DNA of 64,000 nucleotides from a virus: positions 52,689 to 116,688 of IMG/VR virus record IMGVR_UViG_3300010883_000003. One strand, given 5' to 3'. The notes below the pieces were generated by a model. That model did no database searches and was not told the DNA's origin. It saw nothing but the letters and a program-made list of their open reading frames with translations. Below, piece after piece: positions 50,362 to 59,039 of this stretch (position 1 is its first letter; every line of letters begins with the position of its first letter). Made by a program: the position numbers and the translations under genes.

Positions 50362-51944
50362 TCGAGCAAACATACAAGGTTATAACATTCGGCGCAGATG
50401 CACGAGAAAAAATAAAAGTCGGTGTTGAGCAGCTTACGGATGCAGTAAAAGTCACTATGGGGCCTAGCGGAAATAACGTATTAATTGAACAACCTAATAG
50501 CGCCCCCATTTTGACAAAAGACGGAGTTACAGTTGCTAGAGCAATTCATCTAAAAGATAGGTTCGCGAACCTCGGCGTCCAACTTGTCCGTGAAGCTGCT
50601 CAAAGAACAGCAGAAGAAGCCGGCGATGGTACGACAACAGCAACGGTATTGGCAAATGCGTTGTATCAAGAAGGACTTAAGGCACTGTCTGCTGGTCATG
50701 GTTTGAGAGAGATAAAAGAGGAAATGCTAGTAGCATCTAGAGAGCTATGTGATGAAATTCAAGCCGCATCTACACCAGTAAGCTCTGATGAAGACTTACA
50801 AAAAGTCGCGAATATTTCTGTAAATCATGAGTCTGAATTAGCTAATTTAATAGTAAAGGCTATCAAAGCCGTCGGTGACCATGGTACAGTGACCGTTGAT
50901 GAAGCTAAGGGCTTTGATAGCTCTCTAGAGGTCGTAGATGGTTGTGAACTTGACAGAGGATATACTTCACCTTATTTCGTCAACAAGCCTGCCAGAATGG
51001 CGTGTGAGCTTACAAACCCCGCTATATTGATCACTGATCAAAAGATCTCCTCAGTATCTCACATCATGCACTTTATGGAAGAGTCTGCAAGAATTGATAG
51101 GCCTTTTGTGATAATTGGTTCAGAAACAGCAGGGGAGGCTATGCAGGCCTTGATAATGAATACCACAAAGGGGAACATAAAGTCTTGTGTTCTGGCCGCA
51201 CCAGAATTTGGTGGCGCTCGCTTAGAAGCGTTAAGAGACCTTTGTGTACTTCTCAATACAGAGATGCTAACTGGTGATCCTTCATCATGGCGTGATAAAA
51301 AGCTGTCTGATCTTGGTGGATGTAAAAAGTTAAATGCATTTCGTTTTCGTACTATATTCGTGGGCGCAAAAGGAAGCAAAAAGAAATGTAAGCAACGTTC
51401 GGACGAGATTAAGTCTGCTATGAGATCAGCTGACGACGAGATGAACCAGATCCTAAACAGACGACTACGTCGCTTAAATAGCGGAATTGGAATCTTGCGT
51501 GTTGGAGGATCAACAGAAGCTGAAATTGGAGAAAGAAAAGACAGAGTAGAAGATGCGCTATATGCAACAAAAGCTGCTATGCAGGAAGGTGTCGTAGCTG
51601 GTGGCGGCTCGCTACTGGCAAAGCTTGCAAAGAAAAAGTTGGATTCCGACACGAATTTATCTCCGGGAAGAGTAGTTGTATATAAGGCAGCATGTGAACC
51701 ACTTCGACAAATTGTGTCTAATTGTGGATCCGTTCCTGATATTATTTTAGAAAAAATAAGTGAAAAACCTGATGGATTTGGCTATAATGGAATCACTGGA
51801 GAAATTTGCGATTTGTTGGCTGAGGGAGTAATCGACCCAGTTCGTGTTACTAGGTTAGCGCTACAAAACGCTACAAGCGTTTCGGTCAATTTGTTGTCTA
51901 TTGGTTGTTCTATGATTGAAGATAATACTGAAAAAGATACTTAG
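50358..51944 (+). CDS. groEL: Group I chaperonin GroEL
   Basis: VKVTMGPSG, LTKDGVTVAR, AGDGTTTATVLA, DRGYTSPYF, KDRVEDAL, GVVAGGG, GVIDP. Confidence 0.95.
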   Translation: MIEQTYKVITFGADAREKIKVGVEQLTDAVKVTMGPSGNNVLIEQPNSAPILTKDGVTVARAIHLKDRFANLGVQLVREAAQRTAEEAGDGTTTATVLANALYQEGLKALSAGHGLREIKEEMLVASRELCDEIQAASTPVSSDEDLQKVANISVNHESELANLIVKAIKAVGDHGTVTVDEAKGFDSSLEVVDGCELDRGYTSPYFVNKPARMACELTNPAILITDQKISSVSHIMHFMEESARIDRPFVIIGSETAGEAMQALIMNTTKGNIKSCVLAAPEFGGARLEALRDLCVLLNTEMLTGDPSSWRDKKLSDLGGCKKLNAFRFRTIFVGAKGSKKKCKQRSDEIKSAMRSADDEMNQILNRRLRRLNSGIGILRVGGSTEAEIGERKDRVEDALYATKAAMQEGVVAGGGSLLAKLAKKKLDSDTNLSPGRVVVYKAACEPLRQIVSNCGSVPDIILEKISEKPDGFGYNGITGEICDLLAEGVIDPVRVTRLALQNATSVSVNLLSIGCSMIEDNTEKDT

Positions 51945-51961
51945 GAGTATAAATAAAAGTT

Positions 51962-52264
51962 ATGACGAAAGCATTGATTGTTATTGAGCCACAAAGCATT
52001 CCCTATCTAAGAGAAGATAAGCTACGCAGAGAAGTGTACAGTCTTGAAAATAAAAAGAGCGCTATTTTACGAAATAGCGAAAAGTCAAGATCGAAAGATG
52101 ATTCACGGACTATTGCGCGCCTTGAGCTTGAAGTTTGCTATTTACAAAGAGAGCTTGAAATTAGAGAATCAAGAAAGCTTGCCCACACGGCATTTTTACA
52201 AAAAAAGCAAAAAAGAGCACCTCATAGAGATAATCGTGCAAGACGACCCCGTAATGTGGTATAA
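51962..52264 (+). CDS. Basic hypothetical protein
   Basis: 100 aa; LELEVCYLQRELEIR. Confidence 0.6.
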   Translation: MTKALIVIEPQSIPYLREDKLRREVYSLENKKSAILRNSEKSRSKDDSRTIARLELEVCYLQRELEIRESRKLAHTAFLQKKQKRAPHRDNRARRPRNVV

Positions 52265-52476
52265 TAGTATTATGGTTGGTTGGTAATAACGTTAGCTAAC
52301 TTTTATTAATGTACCAAACGGAGGATCTTATGATTTGCAAAAAAAGCAAAAAAGAGCAACTTATAGAGATAATCGTGCAAGATGACCTCAGAGTGTGGTA
52401 TAATAGTATTATGGTTGGTTGGTAATGATACTGGTTAACTTTTATTGATGTACTTAATGGAGGATCTATGATCTTA
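52195..52476 (+). repeat. Tandem direct duplication (period about 139 bp) of promoter, RBS and start codon
   Basis: Two diverged copies of CAAAAAAAGCAAAAAAGAGCA...GTGCAAGA...GTGGTATAATAGTATTATGGTTGGTTGGTAAT...GGAGGATCT(T)ATGAT. Confidence 0.92.
52236..52404 (+). promoter_or_regulatory. Two tandem sigma70-type promoters for the sigma gene
   Basis: GTGCAA-18 bp-TATAAT with TG extension at 52236-52265 and 52375-52404. Confidence 0.7.
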
Positions 52477-53229
52477 GATACATATTTCGAAAACGTTGGA
52501 AAACATTCTCTTCTTTCAAGGGAGGAAGAAGTTGAGCTAGCAAAAGCTATAGAGGCAGGCGATCAGCGCGCCCGCAACAAGATGATTGAGTCAAATCTTC
52601 GTCTTGCCATCTCGATTGCAAAGAACTTTCGAGACAAGGGGTGTTCTTTTGAAGACCTGATCCAAGAGTCAAATCTTGGACTGATTAGAGCTGTTGATAG
52701 GTTCGATTGGCGTAAGGGATTTAAGTTTTCTACATACGCTGTTTGGTGGATTAGACAGGCTGTGCAATCTCATGTCGCCGGACAATCTGGCGCGATTAAA
52801 ATGCCTACATCGGCACGAGCCATTATGTACAAGGCGTCTAAGTTCAAGGAAGAATACTCTGAAGAGTTCGGATGTGATCCTTCGCCAGCGGAAGTTGCAG
52901 CGTCGGTTGGCATCCCCGTTGATACATTACGGTCTATCTATAAGTCAGGCTCCACCGCGATGTCTTTGGATCGTTCGATGTCTCCAGATGATTCTGGCGG
53001 TCGTACTTTTGCCGAAGTTGTAGGTGGGGTTGATGATACTGATCCTGGTGAGGAAATGGATAAGACTGCTATCAGAAATATCCTTATTACTGCGCTTAAA
53101 AAGCTAACGCCTCGAGAAGAAAACATTATTAGGCTTAGATTTGGATTGTCTGAAGATCCAGAAGACCACGTAAAGTTTCCTGTTACCAACACTATGAAAA
53201 ATGAAATTATCGCAAGGAGTTCACGATGA
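52468..53229 (+). CDS. RNA polymerase sigma70-family factor (RpoD/RpoS-like)
   Basis: LLSREEE, NLRLAISIAK, DLIQE.NLGLIRAVDRFD..KGFKFSTYAVWWIRQA, LTPREENIIRLRFGL; region 4.2 appears truncated or divergent. Confidence 0.92.
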   Translation: MILDTYFENVGKHSLLSREEEVELAKAIEAGDQRARNKMIESNLRLAISIAKNFRDKGCSFEDLIQESNLGLIRAVDRFDWRKGFKFSTYAVWWIRQAVQSHVAGQSGAIKMPTSARAIMYKASKFKEEYSEEFGCDPSPAEVAASVGIPVDTLRSIYKSGSTAMSLDRSMSPDDSGGRTFAEVVGGVDDTDPGEEMDKTAIRNILITALKKLTPREENIIRLRFGLSEDPEDHVKFPVTNTMKNEIIARSSR

Positions 53230-53507
53230 GTATGCCAAAAGGTTTTAAAGCAAAGAATGGATATGCAACAGTAGGTGATCGTGGTGGCTTAGGCTATCGT
53301 GAGATTGCTGAAATAATGTCTGATAAAGGTCACCCAATGAAGCATTCGGCGGCTAGGAACTATTTCCTTCAAGGAATGAGGAAGCTGGCTGGCCCTGTAT
53401 TGGAACAATATGGGCTATCAAAAGATCAAGTTGACAGAATTGCTCTAGATCCCAGGTTTCAAGAGTCTATTGCTGATATCATTGATGAAGAAGGCGTCGT
53501 ACTATGA
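53226..53507 (+). CDS. Small HTH protein (sigma region-4-like)
   Basis: LGYREIAEIM...SAARNYFLQGMRKL; coupled to the sigma gene. Confidence 0.6.
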   Translation: MSMPKGFKAKNGYATVGDRGGLGYREIAEIMSDKGHPMKHSAARNYFLQGMRKLAGPVLEQYGLSKDQVDRIALDPRFQESIADIIDEEGVVL

Positions 53508-53857
53508 TCACTACTCTTTATGATGACCTGCAGAACTTACGGTCGTCTACTGAGATATTAGAAGCATTAGACTGGGATGATGATAAATTTTCATCATTTA
53601 TGAATGAGCTAGAGCTCATGTTGATATCTGCTCCTCCGAACGTTGAAAAAGCGTTGTTCTGGATGAAGAATACGCCTTGGGAAACGTTCGATAGGGAGCA
53701 TATCCCGCCTAACGTCTACGTTCTGCTTGAGAAGAATATAAGAATGTGGGAACTTAAAATGAAGGGTAGGATTAGTATGGCTAAAAAAATTAACAGACCA
53801 GCCAGTAAGCTGGGGTCTAAACCCAGATGGGGTCAAGACTACGATGAGTGGAACTAA
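53504..53857 (+). CDS. Hypothetical protein
   Basis: Coupled ORF. Confidence 0.6.
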   Translation: MITTLYDDLQNLRSSTEILEALDWDDDKFSSFMNELELMLISAPPNVEKALFWMKNTPWETFDREHIPPNVYVLLEKNIRMWELKMKGRISMAKKINRPASKLGSKPRWGQDYDEWN

Positions 53858-54219
53858 AAATGAGAAACCTTAAGCGTTATTTAAACAGAAGAAAAATCAT
53901 GAATGTAAAAGCTTGGGCCAAGGCATCTGGAATTACGAGCATTGATGAGCTTTCTTTGTTCTGTAAAGAAAGAGACCTGTATATTGACGTCGAGCAATAC
54001 ATCAATATGTTCAACGATGGCGAAAAATCTGAATTACCTGACACTGTCATCGAAGATTCACAGACTCAACCAGCTAAAGTCGAACAAGCTCAAGAAGGTC
54101 CTTTAGCAAAATCCACTGATGCTACAAAGACCTGGCACACACCGGCAGCAAAAAGGCCACTTAAGAAACCCAGCACAAAGGTAAAGACTGCTAAGGTATC
54201 TTCTCATAATAAGAAGTAG
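53848..54219 (+). CDS. Hypothetical protein
   Basis: Coupled ORF. Confidence 0.6.
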   Translation: MELKMRNLKRYLNRRKIMNVKAWAKASGITSIDELSLFCKERDLYIDVEQYINMFNDGEKSELPDTVIEDSQTQPAKVEQAQEGPLAKSTDATKTWHTPAAKRPLKKPSTKVKTAKVSSHNKK

Positions 54220-54227
54220 GATTTAAA

Positions 54228-54407
54228 ATGATTCCAAGGTCAATTAAGGGTAAAGTTTTCGTTATACTAACGTTTATCAATCTTGGACTCGCGTCTTATT
54301 TTGCCGCAACCAACTTTATTGATCAAGCGGTAATCAGCGGCATCACATCACTTCTTTGTCTGGCAGTTTGGATGACAGAAGCAATAGACAAAAAATCTGG
54401 AGAATAA
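54228..54407 (+). CDS. Small two-TM membrane protein (59 aa)
   Basis: MIPRSIKGKVFVILTFINLGLASYF...; AGGA RBS; fills the gap. Confidence 0.55.
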   Translation: MIPRSIKGKVFVILTFINLGLASYFAATNFIDQAVISGITSLLCLAVWMTEAIDKKSGE

Positions 54408-54411
54408 CTAC

Positions 54412-55086
54412 ATGCGCAAAAAAATTATTACAGTTTTGTCAAACCCCATAGCTCTTCGCCGAAAGTGCGTACCGTTCCCAGATAATAAAAACTTCACAGA
54501 AGATCATAAGCTATCAATTAAAGACTTGAAGGATACGTTTGATATCGTACAAGGATATGGTTTAGCGCTACCGCAGATTGGCATTTCTAAAAGAGCAGTT
54601 GTGGTAAGTTTCCCCGCGTTAGGTCTTAATCCTGAGCTAGGTAACGTTGTAATGATTAATCCTGAAATTGAAACGTCCGGCGACACTTCTAGATTTGAGG
54701 AGTCGTGCTTTTCGGTACCCCACATTTCTGCGAATGTCAGCAGATACACGACCGCAACAGTAAGATATACTTCTGAGTCTGGTGAACTATGCGCTCTACC
54801 TCTAGAAGGATTTCCAGCTGTGTGCCTACAGCATGAGATAGATCATCTAGACGGCTTAACTTTTCTTAACAGAGTTGGTAACGTATGGCGGTCTATGTTA
54901 ATGAAAAAGATTAATAAAATAGAGAAGCGTCATAAAGCAGAAGAAAAATTAGCGAAGGACTCATTTGAGCAAGAACACAAAGAGATAATGGGCGTTTCTG
55001 CAAAAAAGAAAGTCACTGGTCATTCAAAGAAAAGAAAGCCGAAGCCCAGAAAAAAGCGCCTTAGCAAGTCTAAAAAGAGAAGTTAA
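54412..55086 (+). CDS. def: Peptide deformylase
   Basis: GYGLALPQIG, EESCFS (EGCLS variant), QHEIDHLDG; long basic C-terminal tail. Confidence 0.92.
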   Translation: MRKKIITVLSNPIALRRKCVPFPDNKNFTEDHKLSIKDLKDTFDIVQGYGLALPQIGISKRAVVVSFPALGLNPELGNVVMINPEIETSGDTSRFEESCFSVPHISANVSRYTTATVRYTSESGELCALPLEGFPAVCLQHEIDHLDGLTFLNRVGNVWRSMLMKKINKIEKRHKAEEKLAKDSFEQEHKEIMGVSAKKKVTGHSKKRKPKPRKKRLSKSKKRS

Positions 55087-55105
55087 ATTAAAGAAGGAAA
55101 TTCTT

Positions 55106-55462
55106 ATGAAGAAAAAGAAGAGAGTAAGCAGAGTTAAAAAGGGTTCGACCGCAAACTGGGGTCATAAAGGTGTATCTGTAGGCATTCCTGCAACGGTGTC
55201 TGTTCCAGCCGGCAGATGTCCTTTTACTATGGAAGACGCTAGCGAAGAAACAGTCACAGACTGGGCCGTGCAGCTAACGAGGTGGAAGAGCCCTGTAGTT
55301 ACATACAAGCGTTCAGTCTATACATACTGGTTACGCCACTCCTTCGATTTTCAAACAGATGAATATCGCGATGCAAAGACGATTATTGAGTATATCATTC
55401 CTGATTCTGTACAGACTGTCGACGACTTAATCATCGATCGCTCTTATTTGTCAGCCGGGTAA
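55106..55462 (+). CDS. Hypothetical protein
   Basis: AAGGA RBS. Confidence 0.6.
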   Translation: MKKKKRVSRVKKGSTANWGHKGVSVGIPATVSVPAGRCPFTMEDASEETVTDWAVQLTRWKSPVVTYKRSVYTYWLRHSFDFQTDEYRDAKTIIEYIIPDSVQTVDDLIIDRSYLSAG

Positions 55463-55463
55463 T

Positions 55464-55769
55464 TTGGTGGTCACTAGAGGATCTCTAGTCGAGAGAATAT
55501 CAGGCACTGGTGGCAGAGCTGGTAATGGAGAAGAAGGTTATCTGCGTCGCTGCACTAGCGAAGCTATAGATTCATATCCTCCTGAAAATGCATTATGCGT
55601 TGTGTTGACAGGTCCACGAAAGCGTAATCTGTCCAGCCAGCAACGCGTCGCCCCTAATGTAATATCCCTCTATTCTGCTGTGGATGTTTTATACGAAGGT
55701 AAAGTCTACTATGACTGTGAGTTAAGTGTGTTTAGAGAGGTAAAGAAAAATGATCGGAGAAATTTGTAA
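55464..55769 (+). CDS. Hypothetical protein
   Basis: Packed ORF. Confidence 0.5.
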   Translation: MVVTRGSLVERISGTGGRAGNGEEGYLRRCTSEAIDSYPPENALCVVLTGPRKRNLSSQQRVAPNVISLYSAVDVLYEGKVYYDCELSVFREVKKNDRRNL

Positions 55770-55947
55770 GATTGATTATCATATTATAGACGATCAGCTT
55801 CCATTATTTTACGACTTAAGCATAGAAGGCTCTCTTGCCCTTGTGGTATCTTCGCCTGGTGAATATATTATTGGTTGCGTATGCGCGTACGTATTTAGTA
55901 CAGGCCGTCTACACAACATACACTGCGGACATTTAGAGAGTGCGTAA
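55750..55947 (+). CDS. Hypothetical protein
   Basis: GAGG RBS. Confidence 0.5.
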   Translation: MIGEICKIDYHIIDDQLPLFYDLSIEGSLALVVSSPGEYIIGCVCAYVFSTGRLHNIHCGHLESA

Positions 55948-56113
55948 AAAACTTCTAAAGCCTGGCGACGTCGTAATAACAAGCTCTGGTGAAAAAGCTT
56001 TGATTATAAGTTATCATAAAGACGATTACCTTGGAACAATGTACAGCATATTAATAGAAGGCAACATCACCATTATTGACGAATCGCAAATAGCGACAAC
56101 CCACCGAGACTGA
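55940..56113 (+). CDS. Small SH3-like hypothetical protein (57 aa)
   Basis: GTG start, LKPGDVVIT...; fills the gap. Confidence 0.45.
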   Translation: MRKKLLKPGDVVITSSGEKALIISYHKDDYLGTMYSILIEGNITIIDESQIATTHRD

Positions 56114-56114
56114 A

Positions 56115-56468
56115 ATGATTATTAACGCAAATTTGCTCTATTGTTTCCTATGCTTCCTACTCTTCTACATTGGTGTATGGTTCAGCACGAACCTACAGTT
56201 AGTTAACGACTCACTCGCCGCTAAAAGCTTTCCCATAATGCTTACACTAGCTATTCCAACAGCAATGCTGGCGTACTATGGCACAAGATTCGGATCTGCC
56301 GCTTTTGGAGGTTCTGCGTGGAGTATAAGATTTTTTGCATTTGCAATATCATACTTTGTGCTACCTTTATTGACGTGGTGGCTTTTAGGCGAGTCAATTT
56401 TTACTGTTAAAACGATGTTATGTATATGTCTTTCATTCGTAATTCTAATGATCCAACTGTACATGTAG
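56115..56468 (+). CDS. Small four-TM membrane protein (DMT/SMR-like)
   Basis: Four hydrophobic helices; WWLLGESI. Confidence 0.6.
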   Translation: MIINANLLYCFLCFLLFYIGVWFSTNLQLVNDSLAAKSFPIMLTLAIPTAMLAYYGTRFGSAAFGGSAWSIRFFAFAISYFVLPLLTWWLLGESIFTVKTMLCICLSFVILMIQLYM

Positions 56469-56615
56469 AGCTGATTTTAACGCAAGGTTATATTTAATAT
56501 AATGAATGGGTAAGAGAAATTGGCTTCTACAACATTGTCGACCTATCACGGAAACGTCTCGGTCGTTAAAGAACACCCAACAATACAAAAAAGACTTATT
56601 GGAGAAAATAACAAA

Positions 56616-57704
56616 ATGCCAGGTAATAATAAAGACGATCAATACATAAACACTCCGGTTGCCGATGACGATGATTTCGATTTCGTAATTGCATACGATG
56701 ACGATCCTGTCGAAGGTGATGAAAGACTTTTACCTGATAATACAGCTCGTACTGCATTAAGCTGCGGATTTGTAGGAGTCGGAGGCGGCGGTGGTAAATT
56801 AGCAAATGCATTTTTAAGCATCGGTTATAACAAGACACTTTTAGTAAATACAACTGAAAAAGACCAGCCGGGTGGTTTACAGCAGAGTCATTTTATTCTA
56901 GTTCCAGGCGCCGATGGTGTCGGTAAAGATGTTAATTTAGGAAAGCAAGTTCTTAGTGAGAACAGCGCTCTAGTTGAAGACGCGATCAGGACTCGTATAG
57001 GTAAGGTGGATTGGTTGTTTGTTTTAGCTGGCGGCGGTGGTGGCACCGGCTCAGCATGTCATGAGCTGCATGGTTCTTTAAGCAGGTATCTAGAGTCCGT
57101 TGAGGCATCCGGACAGGTTGTATATATCGTTTCTAAGCCAACTGCTCAAGAGCTATTAAATCCCGCGATATCTAATAACTACAAATCTTTGATGGGGGAT
57201 ATCAAAGACTTGCCTCATATCGTTATCGATAATGAGAAGCAACTGCAGCTGCTACGAGGTAAGGTGGGAATGTTGAATATGTTTCCATCCGCAAATAAAA
57301 ACTTTGCAAAGTTGTTTGGGCAAATCTTAAAGCTGGCCGATGAGCATACAGAGATCCAAACTTTTGATAGCAAAGATTTGGAGCGATGTCTATCTGCTCC
57401 TGGTCGTATTGTTATTGGATCTACAATCATAAAAGATGTAAATAGAAACGACTTAGGTTCGCTTGTATATCAAGGCTGTCTTCGCTCTTCGCCCTGCCCT
57501 GCCCCAGCGGGTAACGCAGCGACAGGAACCCTATTACTTATCGTCGATGGAGATATGGCAGCAGATCCAGACGTTAGCCGCAGACTCGAATCTGCATTTT
57601 CTTATGTAGGGGGACGAGCAGATGTACTGTTCTCTGGCGTCTATATTAAAGAGAGAATACCTGGGCTAATTGCTCTAACAATGCTCGGTGGACTAGAACA
57701 GTAA
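56616..57704 (+). CDS. Tubulin/FtsZ-family GTPase (PhuZ/TubZ/CetZ-like)
   Basis: FVGVGGGGGKLA, LVNT, GADGVGKD, AGGGGGTGS signature, IDNE, T7 loop FDSKD. Confidence 0.88.
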   Translation: MPGNNKDDQYINTPVADDDDFDFVIAYDDDPVEGDERLLPDNTARTALSCGFVGVGGGGGKLANAFLSIGYNKTLLVNTTEKDQPGGLQQSHFILVPGADGVGKDVNLGKQVLSENSALVEDAIRTRIGKVDWLFVLAGGGGGTGSACHELHGSLSRYLESVEASGQVVYIVSKPTAQELLNPAISNNYKSLMGDIKDLPHIVIDNEKQLQLLRGKVGMLNMFPSANKNFAKLFGQILKLADEHTEIQTFDSKDLERCLSAPGRIVIGSTIIKDVNRNDLGSLVYQGCLRSSPCPAPAGNAATGTLLLIVDGDMAADPDVSRRLESAFSYVGGRADVLFSGVYIKERIPGLIALTMLGGLEQ

Positions 57705-58271
57705 GGTTTCTCTGATTAACAATCTTATCGAATTTCTAGATTTAGACTCTGTTAACGACATTAGCTGATCCCAATGCTTATTGGATATTCCCGCGGGTAT
57801 TCCGCCAGCCGCGTCAGATAGCACATCGAGAGCAGTGGAATATTTCTGCTTTTGTCTTGGTGTCGGACTAGAAGATAGATTATGGATCATGTCAGCCAAC
57901 TTAACTCTTAGAGCGAGTTCATTATCTAGTAGTCCTAAGACATATCCTGAGTACGGAGCGTTTTTTTCGTGAGTTAAGGCTTTCACTGCATCCACGACGG
58001 TACGCCCTGCTTCTGGGCTTTGGATAGAACCCCTTATGAACTCCTCCATCTCTTCGACAGTGTCTACAGTCGAACCAGGAGCGTCTTCTAAGCTATCATG
58101 GAGTAGCGCTGCCATTTGAGCCGCATGATCCTCTGGGTAGAGTCTTCTTACAATATTTCTTACCTCTGAAGGGTGTGTGAAATACTCTTCGCCTGACCTA
58201 CGCTTCTGTCCCATATGAGCCATTCTTGCTGTAGCGTATACATCCTTAAAATCGTCTTGTGTAAACTGCAT
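57693..58271 (-). CDS. HD-domain hydrolase, RelA/SpoT (Mesh1/SAH)-like
   Basis: AHMGQKRRSGEEYFTHP, AALLHDSLED, LTH, VKLADMIHN. Confidence 0.88.
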   Translation of the reverse strand: MQFTQDDFKDVYATARMAHMGQKRRSGEEYFTHPSEVRNIVRRLYPEDHAAQMAALLHDSLEDAPGSTVDTVEEMEEFIRGSIQSPEAGRTVVDAVKALTHEKNAPYSGYVLGLLDNELALRVKLADMIHNLSSSPTPRQKQKYSTALDVLSDAAGGIPAGISNKHWDQLMSLTESKSRNSIRLLIRETLLF

Positions 58272-58279
58272 ATTGATAA

Positions 58280-58546
58280 CTATGTTGGCTCTTCAATAAC
58301 TGTCAACATAGAGCACTTCGCAGGACCAAAAAAGCAGCACAATCCGCACTCGACACAATAGTCGCTTATTTCTTTTTCAGTGTTTATCTTAAGCTGTTCT
58401 TCTATCGTTCTCAGCTTTTTGTTTTCTACATCTACAAAGATACATTTTACGAAATGTGAGTTCGCGTGATTCCATGGGTAGCCTATACAAGGTTCAGGTC
58501 TTTTCTTGTAGATGCTACAGACATATTTTGTTTTAGTTTTATTCAT
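58280..58546 (-). CDS. Cys-rich YkgJ/CxxCxxCC-like metal-binding protein
   Basis: CSIYKKRPEPCIGYP and CVECGLCC. Confidence 0.65.
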   Translation of the reverse strand: MNKTKTKYVCSIYKKRPEPCIGYPWNHANSHFVKCIFVDVENKKLRTIEEQLKINTEKEISDYCVECGLCCFFGPAKCSMLTVIEEPT

Positions 58547-58580
58547 AAGAAAATACTATACGAAGTATGCGTGATATAAA

Positions 58581-58960
58581 TGGTGGAGGCGGCGGGAGTC
58601 GAACCCGCGTCCAGAATAAAGTCCCAGTTAAGTCATTCACAAGTTTATCTAGTTTATTCCCATACTAGCAAGGTATCCACAAATTTTCCCGTTTCCTATG
58701 TGGCCTTGGAAATCCACCTGTTATAGTTTGACATAATCAAAAAACAGGGTAACCATTTTGATCTTGTTTATTTCGGTGGGATCAACCACTTATCCTAAAT
58801 TGATGAGGTGGCTTTAGGAGACCACCCGATTAAGCAGCTAAGGCTAGTTCGTAATTGTTATTATTGGCAATTAAATTTTTGTAACGCTGTCAAGCCAAGT
58901 GTTACCGCTGGCTACTTGCACTCTTCTCTTTTTCTACCCTGTCGAAACCGTTTCGCCCCC
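58581..58960 (-). ncRNA. ssrA: tmRNA, tag (A)ANNNNYELALAA
   Basis: 5' GGGGGCGAAACGGTTTCGAC; 3' GGACGCGGGTTCGACTCCCGCCGCCTCCACCA; G3:U acceptor-stem pair; tag ORF at 58868-58830. Confidence 0.96.
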
Positions 58961-58977
58961 GTGTTCAATTTATACAT

Positions 58978-59006
58978 ATTATATAGAATATATATTAAGG
59001 TTTACA
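58978..59006 (-). promoter_or_regulatory. Sigma70-type promoter of tmRNA
   Basis: TGTAAA-17 bp-TATAAT on the minus strand. Confidence 0.7.
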
Positions 59007-59039
59007 GCATATTTAAATCCAAAGAGGGAGTGATATTAT

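Noticed and set aside
51948-51955. T4 late promoter TATAAATA
   Set aside because: Only intergenic occurrence noticed; ATANTTA explains the upstream regions far more consistently
52195-52476. CRISPR array or attachment site
   Set aside because: Only two long diverged copies with no unique spacers; the content is promoter plus RBS
58581-58612. tRNA gene
   Set aside because: The T-arm and CCA belong to the tmRNA; the matching 5' acceptor strand is 380 nt away with a tag ORF between
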